A DNA stretch of 59,183 nt, the filler included. It is 8 parts of 8 records of this genome, joined end to end, with 100 filler letters (N's around TTAATTAATTAA, not from the genome) between each part and the next. Parts side by side here need not be neighbours in the genome. Positions count along the whole stretch, not along the records: positions 40,981 to 47,807 come from SRR31147125_64041; positions 47,908 to 53,124 come from SRR31147125_64051; 6 more parts are not named here. The stretch is one strand, 5' to 3'. Each line of letters opens with the position of its first letter. The first letter of the stretch is position 1. Under the pieces are notes generated by a model. The model saw only the letters and a list, made by a program, of their open reading frames with translations, searched no databases and had not been told where the DNA came from. Of the stretch, positions 40,981 through 51,095 are shown in pieces. The position numbers were made by a program, and so were the translations under genes.

Positions 40981-42274
40981 TCTTCGTAAGTTTTGCATTC
41001 AATTGAGATGATAAGCGTTCTGTAAATCTCCGGTGTCGGTTCGGGAGCAGGACTTACAGGTGTCGTACTTGTATTGGGAGTAGGCGTAGGATCAGGCTCT
41101 ATTTCTTCCTCGATGATCTCATGCGAAATGATGTTCATATTCCAAAAAACATCTTTCAAGTCGCCTACCTGTCTGTCTTCCATGTATACCAAAGGGATAG
41201 GTTCTTCATCGCTGGATGTAACAGTTGACTCCACGCAAAACATGCCGATCACATCTATCCAGTTACCCACATGGAATTCGCTGCTGGCCGATTCGCCTTC
41301 TATGATAATTTCATCCACTTCCCCGGCATTCGTGATTATATTTGTTATTGTGTTTGTATACTCTCCATTCATTTGCTGTACGACCTCTGATATGGTCGGT
41401 GTTGTGCCGTCTGTATCGTTTGCGAAGATTGCAAGCGGCCATGATATAATAGCAGCGATTACAGCAATGATGATGATAATCACCACCACAAACCATCCTC
41501 CTGCCGCTATGATAGCTATTAATCCCTTTATTGCAGCAACGGCTGCTTTTACTACTAAAATGATGGCTTTGACAGTTAATTTGGCAGTCTTCGCCACCAC
41601 CACAGCCACTTTCTTTGCGATAATAGCGGCTCTTTTCGCCGCCTGAGCAGTACGTTTTGCAGCTTTACCGGCTGTTTTTACGCCTTTTCGTGTAGCCTTA
41701 ACTGCTTTTTTGGTATTCTTAACGCTTTTCTTAGCGGTCTTAACAGTACGGTTCGTTCTTTTGCCGGTATGGATAGCGCTCTTAACGGTTTGTTTTCCGC
41801 CCTGTGTATGCCTGATTTTAGATGATTGTATGGCGGTCTGCTTTGCCGTTTGAGCGGTCTTTTTAGCTTGATTTTGGGTATGTGCTCCTGCTTTGGTTTT
41901 AGCCTGTGATTGTGCTTCTTTTCTTACATCGTTGCCAAACCGCTTCTCAAACTTATCCCGCTGCTTGATCTGACGATGTTCCCGAATTTTCTCATATCCT
42001 TTTTTTCCGGCTTTTTTGCACCATTTATCGTTTTGCCACCAACCTTACGGGTTGTGTATTTCCCTGTTTCTGTTAATTGATCTGTTGCATAGCTTTCAGG
42101 CTTATCATATCTCTGGTCATCAGGGATTTGCTTTTTCAAAGCTTCATTCGCTTTACCCACTTTATGAATCTTATCTATAGATTTATTCAGACTTGTTTTA
42201 ACACCTTTTGCGGTACGAATGCTTCGCTTTAATGTCTTTGGCGGGGATTTGGGTTTGGTTTTAGGCTCTTTCAT
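40981..42274 (-). CDS. Conjugative-element cell-wall-hydrolase-type protein (CD1108-like N-terminus), frameshift near 42012-42017, 3'-truncated
   Basis: RBS AAGGAG; PESYATDQL; long Lys/Ala/Thr-rich region; AIKGLIAIIAAGGW TM segment; LKDVFWNMN; the two ORFs join with one base added in a T6 run. Confidence 0.65.
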
Positions 42275-42310
42275 GTGGCGCTCCTTTCTTTTCGCATATT
42301 ATAAAAGGGC

Positions 42311-42550
42311 CTGTCCCACATAAAAGCGAGAACAGCCTCTAAAATCACACCCAATAGGGCGTCTGACCGGTTCAAGAGGCCGCTGGTTGACACGCGTGTC
42401 TTCAATCCTGTCACCCATACCACGTCTTGCGGCGGGCACTGTTTAGCGAATTACCTTTGGGAACAGTGTTTTTGTTTTCTCGCGTCATTACAACTATACG
42501 CCCTTGGGCTTTTTTATGTGGCGCAGTTTGTTAAGCACGCTTGACCGCGC
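42311..42550 (-). ncRNA. Putative highly structured leader RNA (multi-helix, two pseudoknots)
   Basis: At least seven complementary segment pairs in 240 nt of non-coding DNA; G-U pairs favour the minus strand. Confidence 0.6.
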
Positions 42551-42697
42551 ATTTCTTTTATGTTGAATATTCTCCAGAAACTCCGATTTGTATTTATGCA
42601 GTTTTATTCATTAATTATTCATTGTTGTCAAGGTGCTAAGAGGAAGTACTAAGAGTTATTGCCTTGGTACTAATCCCTTTTTAAACCGCTATGATTT

Positions 42698-42895
42698 TTA
42701 TTGCCCCGTTTTTCTCCGAATGATCTTTTGAAAAGATTCCAAATTGAATATGGAATTCAATGCTTCGCCTGCTCTTAGTCTGACTTTTATCGTATCGTGA
42801 GCATAATGCATCGTGGTATCAAGGTCTGCAAGGCGGAGCCATGATTGAGTTTCCTGCAAGAATCTTCGTATACTTTTATCATTTCTTATAAGATG
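42698..42895 (-). pseudogene. C-terminal remnant of a tyrosine recombinase/integrase
   Basis: Frame without a proper start, HLIRNDKSIRRFLQETQSWLRLADLDTTMHYAH...; matches box II LGH-x3-TT-x2-Y-x-H with GH changed to RL; in-frame TGA upstream. Confidence 0.6.
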
Positions 42896-43096
42896 TCAGG
42901 GAAGAGGGTCCACCTTGAGCCTCAAAATTATACTCTGTAGAGCATTTGGAAATTGGATTGTAATTTATAGTTAAAAAAATTATAATTAAATGCTATCATT
43001 ATTTCCGCCTATCTTACCATTCAAGACGTGATAAGAAAACGGTAAATAGGGGCGGCATAACGCGCCCTGTTTATGCAGGTTAAAGTGTTTTTATCA

Positions 43097-44476
43097 TTAT
43101 GTCTTGCTTTTATTTTTTCCTTCCCTCAATTTTTTAAATTCTTTAATAAACAAAATAATTGCTATCATCGTTACAACTATATCTACCGCTGTAGAACCAA
43201 AATATATCCACCTTATACCAAAAATTCCAGGTAGTATGAGCATTATAGGTACAAATAATATAAGATGTCTCATCACCCCAAAATAGAATGCAAGTTTCCC
43301 ATTATTGATTGCCGGGAAAAAAGCCATCGCCAGATACGGGATAGGTAAGATCGGCAGTAATCCGACAAACACTCTAAAACAAAGCAAGCTATTCAAATCG
43401 TATGTTGTATTTGAAATCATTGTAGATAATATTGCTTGTGGTGTAAGAAGTAACAATATCCATATTGGCAACAGCAATAATGCACCGCTAATAATAAAAG
43501 CCTTGACACTTTTAATTACTCTGTCACTATTCCCCGCACCAAAATTGATGCCCACAATGGGTTGCAGCGCTCTCATCATACCTATCACGGGCGTTTTTAC
43601 TAGCGTAAATATCCGAAATGAGACACCATAAAAAGCAATATCAACAACTGTACCCAAACCGGATAATACATTAAATACGATTGCCGCCTGTACCAAATTC
43701 ATTACCGACGTGAAAAAAGAAGAAGCTCCCATTGAAAGAATTGTCTTTATCACTTTTTTATCACACTTGATCATAAATGGACGTGCTTCAAATGAGGCCT
43801 TGCCCTGCGAAAAATATATTAGGCCAAACAACGTATAAACCAACATACCTATGTTTGTTCCCCAGGCAGCTCCCATTACGCCGAAATTTAACACTCCCAC
43901 TAATATATAATTAGAAAAAATGTTTACCGCTAGGCCCACTCCCATGATCATCGCCGCCGACTTCATCTTTCCTTCAGCCCTCACGATCATATTCACAGAT
44001 AATCCATATATCGAAAAAATCGCCCCAATGGCTGTTACTTTTAAATACTGCGTTCCAAACCGCAACGCTTCTCCTTGCCCTCCCATTAACTCCACTAATG
44101 TTTCCGCAAAGAACCAGACAACCACACTATAAAAGACACCTATGGCAATCGCAAGAACATTAACATTTGATAATAGCTTTCTCTGTATATTCCTATCATT
44201 TGATCCAAGTGTAATAGACATCATCGAGCCCGCCCCGACTCCGATCAAAGATCCAATACCTAATGTCATCTGTGAAAGCGGATATGCGATAGAAACGCCA
44301 GCCAATGCAGTCTCCCCAACATAACGTCCCACAAATATGGCATCAAATACAGAATTCAATCCATAAAGAACTAACGCAATAATTGCAGGCCAAGATACCT
44401 TGCATACCACTTTCCATAGTTTTTCATGTAAAATCATCTGTTTCTGTTTTTGCTTATCAGGTTGATTACCGCTCAT
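43097..44476 (-). CDS. MATE family efflux transporter
   Basis: DAIFVGRYVG, ALAGVSIAYP, RAEG, GVMGAAWGT, QPIVGINFGAG. Confidence 0.92.
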   Translation of the reverse strand: MSGNQPDKQKQKQMILHEKLWKVVCKVSWPAIIALVLYGLNSVFDAIFVGRYVGETALAGVSIAYPLSQMTLGIGSLIGVGAGSMMSITLGSNDRNIQRKLLSNVNVLAIAIGVFYSVVVWFFAETLVELMGGQGEALRFGTQYLKVTAIGAIFSIYGLSVNMIVRAEGKMKSAAMIMGVGLAVNIFSNYILVGVLNFGVMGAAWGTNIGMLVYTLFGLIYFSQGKASFEARPFMIKCDKKVIKTILSMGASSFFTSVMNLVQAAIVFNVLSGLGTVVDIAFYGVSFRIFTLVKTPVIGMMRALQPIVGINFGAGNSDRVIKSVKAFIISGALLLLPIWILLLLTPQAILSTMISNTTYDLNSLLCFRVFVGLLPILPIPYLAMAFFPAINNGKLAFYFGVMRHLILFVPIMLILPGIFGIRWIYFGSTAVDIVVTMIAIILFIKEFKKLREGKNKSKT

Positions 44477-44537
44477 ATTCCGATCTCCATTTATTTACTA
44501 TATTTATTAGACCATATAAAAAACCTGATGTTATACT

Positions 44538-46502
44538 TTAACTTAGAAACAATGGTGCAAACACCAATGCAACGATACCCATAATTTTAATGAGAATATT
44601 TATCGATGGCCCGGCCGTATCTTTCAACGGATCGCCAACCGTATCACCAATAACCGCAGCCTTATGTGCGTCTGAGGCTTTGCCTTTATATGCCCCACCT
44701 TCAATATACTTTTTTGCATTATCCCATGCACCGCCACTATTCGCCATATTGATAGCGAGCACAACACCTGTCGCCGTTGCTCCTACCAGCAACCCTGCCA
44801 GAGCACCTTTGCCAAGCAACAAGCCAACGAGAATTGGCGCAGCAAGAGCAATAATACCCGGCACAATCATTTGTGTTAACGCGGCAGTCGTCGATATATC
44901 TATGCACTTTGAATATTCGGGTTCGGCATTGCCTTCCATGATGCCGCTAATCTCCCGAAATTGGCGCCGCACCTCTACGATCATCTTCTTAGCCGCTTTT
45001 GATACTGCTTCAATGGTCAGTGCCGAGAACAGATACGGTAGCATGCTACCAAGTAGTACCCCTACAATAACACGCGGCTCGAGCACGTTGACCACATCCA
45101 ACTCAACCACATTTGCATACGTTGTAAAAAGCGCCAGTGCTGTCAAAGCTGCAGACCCAATTGAAAAACCCTTTCCAATTGCAGCTGTTGTATTGCCGAT
45201 TGCGTCGAGCTGGTCTGTCACCTTCCGTACTTCTTGATTCTGACGTGACATTTGAGCGATTCCTCCGGCATTATCAGCAATGGGTCCATACGCGTCTACC
45301 GAGACAACCATTCCCACTGTCGCGAGCATTCCTAACGCCGCCAAAGCCACACCAAACAGGCCGGCTGTAAAATATGATACCAGTAACGCAAGTGCAATGA
45401 GCACAACAGGTGCTGCAGTGCTGCGCATCCCTACTGCCATGCCTGAAAGAATATTTGTTGCTGCACCGCTAGTACTCTGATGTGCAATATTCTTAACAGG
45501 ACGGTACGACGCAGACGTATAATACTCAGTGATCTGTCCGATACCAACGCCGGTAATAATCCCCATCAGAACAGCATAAAACAAATCAAGACTACCAAAA
45601 ATCCATATGTTCACCCCAGCGGCAACCATAACAAATAATCCTGAGCTAATAAATGTACCGATATGCAACGCCGTATGAGCGTTTTTACTTCTAATAATTT
45701 TTGTAGCAAATATACCAACCAATGACGAAGCAATACCACCGGCGGTCAGTAATAGTACAAACAAAATACCATTATCTTTTAACAGATTGTAACCAAGCAA
45801 TAGCGAAGAGATTATAGCTCCTGCATAGCTTTCAAATATATCTGAACCCATTCCGGCAACATCGCCTACGTTATCACCCACATTATCGGCAATAACCGCA
45901 GGGTTTCTAGGATCGTCTTCTGGAATGCCCGCTTCTACCTTACCAACAAGATCGGCGCCAATATCTGCCGCTTTGGTGAATATACCCCCACCCACACGAC
46001 AAAATAATGCGATTGAGCTTGCACCCAAACTGAATCCCTCTAACACCTTTATATCTCGAAAAACTAAATACAATATCCCAAGTCCAAATGCTGCAAACCC
46101 AACAACCAGCATTCCTGTTACGGCACCACCCGAGAACGCAATGTTCAACGCAGTAAACATACCTTTTTTTGCCGCCTGCGCAGTGCGAAGATTCGCAACA
46201 ACTGCGATGCGCATACCAAGATATCCTGCCAATGCAGATAAAAACGCTCCGAATATAAAGCAAATCATGACCTTCCATCCAAGCATGGGTATCATGAGAA
46301 GCACAATACTCATCACCGCCACGAATACCAATATAACTGCGTATTGACGTTTGAGATACGTCATCGCCCCCTGCTGGATATATCCGGCAATTCGCCTCAT
46401 ATCCGAATCATGCACCTCTATTTTATTAATCTTTTTCCCTGTAACAAACGCCAAAACAATAGCAAAAACCGAAATTAGTACAATTATCCACTCCATTAGC
46501 AA
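44538..46502 (-). CDS. hppA: Membrane-bound pyrophosphatase, K+-dependent type (probably Na+-translocating)
   Basis: [35 protein letters not shown] (Ala marks K+ dependence), [19 protein letters not shown]. Confidence 0.95.
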   Translation of the reverse strand: MLMEWIIVLISVFAIVLAFVTGKKINKIEVHDSDMRRIAGYIQQGAMTYLKRQYAVILVFVAVMSIVLLMIPMLGWKVMICFIFGAFLSALAGYLGMRIAVVANLRTAQAAKKGMFTALNIAFSGGAVTGMLVVGFAAFGLGILYLVFRDIKVLEGFSLGASSIALFCRVGGGIFTKAADIGADLVGKVEAGIPEDDPRNPAVIADNVGDNVGDVAGMGSDIFESYAGAIISSLLLGYNLLKDNGILFVLLLTAGGIASSLVGIFATKIIRSKNAHTALHIGTFISSGLFVMVAAGVNIWIFGSLDLFYAVLMGIITGVGIGQITEYYTSASYRPVKNIAHQSTSGAATNILSGMAVGMRSTAAPVVLIALALLVSYFTAGLFGVALAALGMLATVGMVVSVDAYGPIADNAGGIAQMSRQNQEVRKVTDQLDAIGNTTAAIGKGFSIGSAALTALALFTTYANVVELDVVNVLEPRVIVGVLLGSMLPYLFSALTIEAVSKAAKKMIVEVRRQFREISGIMEGNAEPEYSKCIDISTTAALTQMIVPGIIALAAPILVGLLLGKGALAGLLVGATATGVVLAINMANSGGAWDNAKKYIEGGAYKGKASDAHKAAVIGDTVGDPLKDTAGPSINILIKIMGIVALVFAPLFLS

Positions 46503-46764
46503 TAAATCTCCTTTTCAAATCAACATTTCTACAGAGTCATTATTAAAAGATACATAGGCTCTGCATTTTAACTTATTATTCAATTCTTCCGGAAACTCGC
46601 GAGCAGAACGTACTCGCAAAAATAAGAGCTAATCATTCCCGCAAAATGCGTACAAATTATAAGTGGTCAAATATTTATCTATATTTGGTATGAGGTCAGA
46701 CCAATTAAAATGCAAAACACTTCTTAAGCTCCCACTTTTCAATATTCAACAGTATTCAGTGGCC

Positions 46765-47628
46765 CTATCTAGTATTTCTTTTTTCCAAAGCTTTCTCCAC
46801 ACTTCGGAATCCATTAACCGCGCTTTTTCGTTTCATCGCTATTATGGTGTAAATGGTATCTATAATTACGATTTGAGCAATACGAGACGAAAGCGCTACA
46901 ATCCTATACTTTGTTTCTTTTGAAGCTGTGTGTAAGTTGATATCCGCAATTTTGCTTAGTGGCGTTGTTCCAATATTAGTTAGTGCTATCAAAGCAGCCC
47001 CATTATCTTTAGCCAGCTTTGCATTTTCCACCGTGTCTTTCGAACTGCCCGAATGGCTTATTGCAAAAACTACATCAGACTTATCTACATAAGCAGCTGC
47101 GATCGCTGCCATATGTGGATCAGTATAAGCGGTAGCTTCACACCCCAATCGCATAAGCTTATGCTGAAGATCTACAGCGATCGCATGTGAATTTCCCAAA
47201 CCAAGGATAATTATTTTTCGCGCACTCATAATCGCTTGTGCCGCCATTTCCAGCATTCGATCCTGCAGTATATCGCGCGTAAAAGTAAGCGCATGTATCG
47301 TGCTTTGAAACACCTTATCTGCAACTGTCTTGATGCTATCATCTTCCAATACCTCTTCATGTATACTTTGCAAAGGAGAGACCAAATCCTGTGCCAACGT
47401 GACCTTTAATTCCTGGTAACCGCTAAGACCGATTTTTTGGCATGTTCGAACCACTGTCGGATCGCTAACATTACTATTTTGGGCTAACTCCGCTACCGAA
47501 AGATATATTACTTTATTAGGAGACTTAATTATAAAATCGGCTACTTTCTGTTCCGATTTGCTTAGACTTTCCCGTAACGTTTGCATTTTGAGTATAATTG
47601 CAGGAATTGCGTTTTTTTTATTCTCCAC
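46765..47628 (-). CDS. MurR/RpiR family transcriptional regulator (start probably GTG 47628)
   Basis: HTH LSKSEQKVA...SDPTVVRTCQKIGLSGY; SIS domain GLGNS, ISHSGSS, SSRIAQ. Confidence 0.92.
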   Translation of the reverse strand: MENKKNAIPAIILKMQTLRESLSKSEQKVADFIIKSPNKVIYLSVAELAQNSNVSDPTVVRTCQKIGLSGYQELKVTLAQDLVSPLQSIHEEVLEDDSIKTVADKVFQSTIHALTFTRDILQDRMLEMAAQAIMSARKIIILGLGNSHAIAVDLQHKLMRLGCEATAYTDPHMAAIAAAYVDKSDVVFAISHSGSSKDTVENAKLAKDNGAALIALTNIGTTPLSKIADINLHTASKETKYRIVALSSRIAQIVIIDTIYTIIAMKRKSAVNGFRSVEKALEKRNTR

Positions 47629-47698
47629 TCTCGCCTTGCCTCCTTTGGCAAATTTCAAAATAATAGTATCAGATTTCTAGTGTTATAGCAATAGTTTT

Positions 47699-47759
47699 TG
47701 TAACTTTATTTCATATATTTATTTTTTCTATTGTAATTCTATTACACCCCTGTTATAAT
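47699..47759 (+). promoter_or_regulatory. Divergent sigmaA promoter with overlapping palindromic operator(s)
   Basis: TTGTAA(47731)-17-TATAAT(47754) with extended TG; palindrome TGTAAT-TCT-ATTACA 47732-47746 and TGTAAC-TTT-ATTTCA 47699-47713; RBS AAGGGAG at contig end. Confidence 0.7.
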
Positions 47760-47807
47760 CATTCCTGTAATATAATAAATACATTTGCTATTTAAAGGGA
47801 GTAAAAA

Positions 47808-47907
47808 NNNNNNNNNNNNNNNNNNNNNNNNNNNNNNNNNNNNNNNNNNNNTTAATTAATTAANNNNNNNNNNNNNNNNNNNNNNNNNNNNNNNNNNNNN
47901 NNNNNNN
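47808..47907. other. Artificial contig spacer
   Basis: N-TTAATTAATTAA-N, 100 bp. Confidence 0.98.
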
Positions 47908-47951
47908 TTTTGCAACTTTCGTTCACCCCAATAATTCTGATGAGGATAGAG

Positions 47952-49151
47952 ATGATTAAAGCAGCGCTGGAAATGATAAAGCTGTTCAGAAATACCGGAT
48001 ACAGGGATCTGGTTGATGAATGGAAAACAGAAAAGATGCGGGCCCTCAACCGGACCTCCGGTGACCGCATTGTCAAATGGGAACCCGACGGAATATACAA
48101 GATCCTGGAAAACAACGGCAAAAGGATTACCGACACCAATCCATATGTACATATGGTGGATACGGAAGAGTTTGATCTGGCAGTCGAGAATGAGCCCTAC
48201 CCGATTGCCCCTCCGCCGATGATGATGGGAAAATCAAAAAAAGGCCTTGGACGGGGTGCCAAGCTATTCATGCTGATGCACAAGGAGATAACCGGCAGTC
48301 CCCTGTACTACATGAAGGACCTGAAAAAATCAGGCGACCGGATCAAGAAAGAGGCATCGGGAAAGAGAGTCCCGGCCCCGGCCGTCCACCGTGAGGAAGA
48401 TCTTCAGAAACTGAAAGACCGGATTTCCAAATTCGCGAAGGATCTGGGATTTGCCAGCATCGGAGTCACAAAGGTTGATAAAAGATACGTATCCAACGGA
48501 GTGGAAGATGAAATTGTCTTCGATACCATGATTCTTCTGGGTTATGAAATGCCCCGTGACGTCCTGCAGAGATATCCGGAACCCAGTGAAGAGCTGGGAG
48601 CCTTCGGAGCCTATACGGGCTGTGCCCGGAATGTGCACAAAGTGGCCGATTTTATCCGTTCCAAAGGGTATGACTGCCGGGCCAGGGGGTGGGACGGGGC
48701 CATAAAATACCCGCCCCATGCTGTGAATGCCGGTCTGGGGAATTATTCAACCTACGGCGTCTGTGTCACTCCCGAAGCCGGCACAAGACTCAAGTACTGC
48801 TCCATCCTGATTGATGCGGAACTGCCTCTGGACAAGCCGGCAGATTTCAATATCGAGGAGTTCTGTTCCCGGTGCCGGATGTGCCAGAAGTCCTGCCCGA
48901 GCCGCACGATTCCGAAAGAAGAGAAGGTCCGGAAAGGAGCTCTCAAGAGACAGACACGGTTTACAACCTGCCTTGAGCTCATGAGTACCCAGCAGGAGTG
49001 TCTGAAGTGTGTACGGGTCTGTCCCTTCAGCATGATCGGCTACGACCGGTGCATGGATTCCCTGCCCCAGTATTACACCTACAACCGGGATTACGGCAGT
49101 CTGGATACCAGATTTTTATTATCAAAGAGGATCGACGGGAACAATGACTAA
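47952..49151 (+). CDS. Reductive dehalogenase/QueG-superfamily cobalamin and 2x[4Fe-4S] protein, no Tat signal
   Basis: AKDLGFASIGVT, VADFIRSKGY, AVNAGLGNYS...VTPEAGTRLK, CX2CX2CX3CP and CX9CX2CX3CP. Confidence 0.78.
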   Translation: MIKAALEMIKLFRNTGYRDLVDEWKTEKMRALNRTSGDRIVKWEPDGIYKILENNGKRITDTNPYVHMVDTEEFDLAVENEPYPIAPPPMMMGKSKKGLGRGAKLFMLMHKEITGSPLYYMKDLKKSGDRIKKEASGKRVPAPAVHREEDLQKLKDRISKFAKDLGFASIGVTKVDKRYVSNGVEDEIVFDTMILLGYEMPRDVLQRYPEPSEELGAFGAYTGCARNVHKVADFIRSKGYDCRARGWDGAIKYPPHAVNAGLGNYSTYGVCVTPEAGTRLKYCSILIDAELPLDKPADFNIEEFCSRCRMCQKSCPSRTIPKEEKVRKGALKRQTRFTTCLELMSTQQECLKCVRVCPFSMIGYDRCMDSLPQYYTYNRDYGSLDTRFLLSKRIDGNND

Positions 49152-51089
49152 TCAATACCAGATAATTGGCGATGTGAATAACAGAGGAACATTCGAGGTG
49201 TCACAGGAGACGTCCGTCAGGGAGATTCTGGAGGAGCACGCCGGAGGAATGAAAAACAGGAGACCGGTCAAACTGGTCCAGATCGGAGGAGTCCTCGGTA
49301 AACATCTGCGGGGCAGGGAACTCAATGAGACACCCGCCGGTTTTACGGAGCATATCCATGAAAAGACAATCCTGTTCCTGAACGACCGTCTCTGCCCGGT
49401 GGACTATCTGAGGTTTCTCACCCGGTTCACCATAAGAGAGCTGGGAATAGACAATGACCATACAAGACGGCTGAATTGCCTGATAGAAGGTATTGCCCAA
49501 GGAAAGGGCTCCGAAACAACTCTGAATCAGATTATTGATGAAGTGAAGAAAGAGGCGGAAACCAACGGGGAACAGAGACTTCACGAAATTTTCCTGTACA
49601 TCATCGGTGAATTCAAGGAGGAATTCTCAGGAGCACATCAGTCTGAAGAAATGCAGGAACGGCATCTGCCGTGGTCTTTTCAAGGCACAATGCATCAATG
49701 CCTGTCCGGCAGAGGTCTATATTCCGGGATATATAGAGCTGATGAAACAGAACAGGGAAGAGGACGCTTACCGTTTGATGAGACAGAACAATCCCCTCTC
49801 CTTTGTCTGCGGAAGCGTCTGCGCCCGGCCCTGTGAAGATCGATGCAGGAGAGGAGAAATCGAAAGCTCCGTCGGAGTCAGGGCCCTGAAACGGTATGCC
49901 TCCGCCATGTCTGTCATGAACAGTGATTTCAGGGAAGACAGACTCGGGAGCAACAGTTCCCGGGTTGCCATTGTGGGATCCGGACCGGCAGGACTGACAG
50001 CAGCATACTATCTGGCCAGGACCGGATACAGTGTGGATATTTATGAAGCGGAAAAAGTCGCCGGCGGCATGCTGGCCATGGGAATCCCGGAGTACCGGCT
50101 GTCACAGGCAGCAATAGACAGGGAAGTGGAACTGATTGAAAACCTGGGAGTGAAGATACGGACATCCACAAAAATCGGCAAGGAGATCCAACTGGATGAG
50201 CTGAGAAAACAGTATGATGCCGTCCTCCTTGCCACAGGATGCCATATCGGCAACAGAATCGGCCCGGAAACAGGACAGAGTGAAACAGCCGTAGACTTTC
50301 TCAGGGAAGTCAGGGTTCACGGCCGCAGGCAGGTCGGAGATAAAGTACTGGTAGTGGGAGGCGGAGATGTAGCCATCGATGCGGCACGAACAGCTGTCAG
50401 GCTGGGAGCCGAAAATGTGTCTGTTGCGTCACTGGAAACATTCGACAGGATGCCTGCCAGTCTGGAGGAAAAAACGGGAGCCCTTGAAGAGGGTGTTGAG
50501 TTCATCGATGCCTGGGGAATCGGGGAAATCCTGTTTCAGGAGAATCGAATCCATGGTGTCCGGCTCCGGAAATGCACGTCCCTCCTTGACGATGACGGAA
50601 AGTTTTCTCCGGTCTATGATGACTCCCTCACAATGGAAACAGGTATCTCTCATATTATATTTGCGATGGGTCAGAAACCCGATATGGACTACCTGAGCAG
50701 GGATATCGGACTCAATCAGTACGGATGGATAGATATCGATCCCTGCACCCGGAAAACCAGCGCAGACAACGTGTTCGCCGCCGGAGACATGATCCGGCCG
50801 GGGATCGCTATCGAAGCGATCGCCCAGGGCAGGAGTGCGGCAGAATCCATTGACAGGTTTCTCAAGGGCAGCGGGATCTATCTGGGTAATGACATTGAGA
50901 TTCCGGAACAGCAGCTGAACTGTACAATGTGGGACATAGAAAAGTTGGAGAGGCCCATTTGAAACCATCGTTCAGAACGGCGAATTCAAATCCGTGACCA
51001 GCGTGTTTTCCAGGGAAGAAGCCATGCGGGAAGCATCCCGATGCATGCGATGCGACAGGAATTCAATCCAACCGCTCTATCTGAAGTGA
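49144..51089 (+). CDS. NuoF-C-terminal (SLBB) plus GltD-like FAD/NAD(P)H Fe-S oxidoreductase, two apparent frameshifts
   Basis: GDVNNRGTFEV...VQIGG; CINACP, CGSVCARPCEDRCRR, GSGPAG, GGGDVAIDAAR, FAAGD; shifts near 49627 and 50959; final frame EASRCMRCD to TGA 51089. Confidence 0.8.
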
Positions 51090-51095
51090 CAGTTT

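Noticed and set aside
41074-41646. ORF-track entry labelled + 190 aa and other long antisense ORFs (e.g. 44590-45237, 30295-30999)
   Set aside because: Shadow frames of well-supported genes on the opposite strand, with no motifs
50960-50962. Selenocysteine read-through of the TGA in the GltD-like gene
   Set aside because: The conserved EAxRCxRCD tail continues in a different frame, so this is an indel rather than recoding
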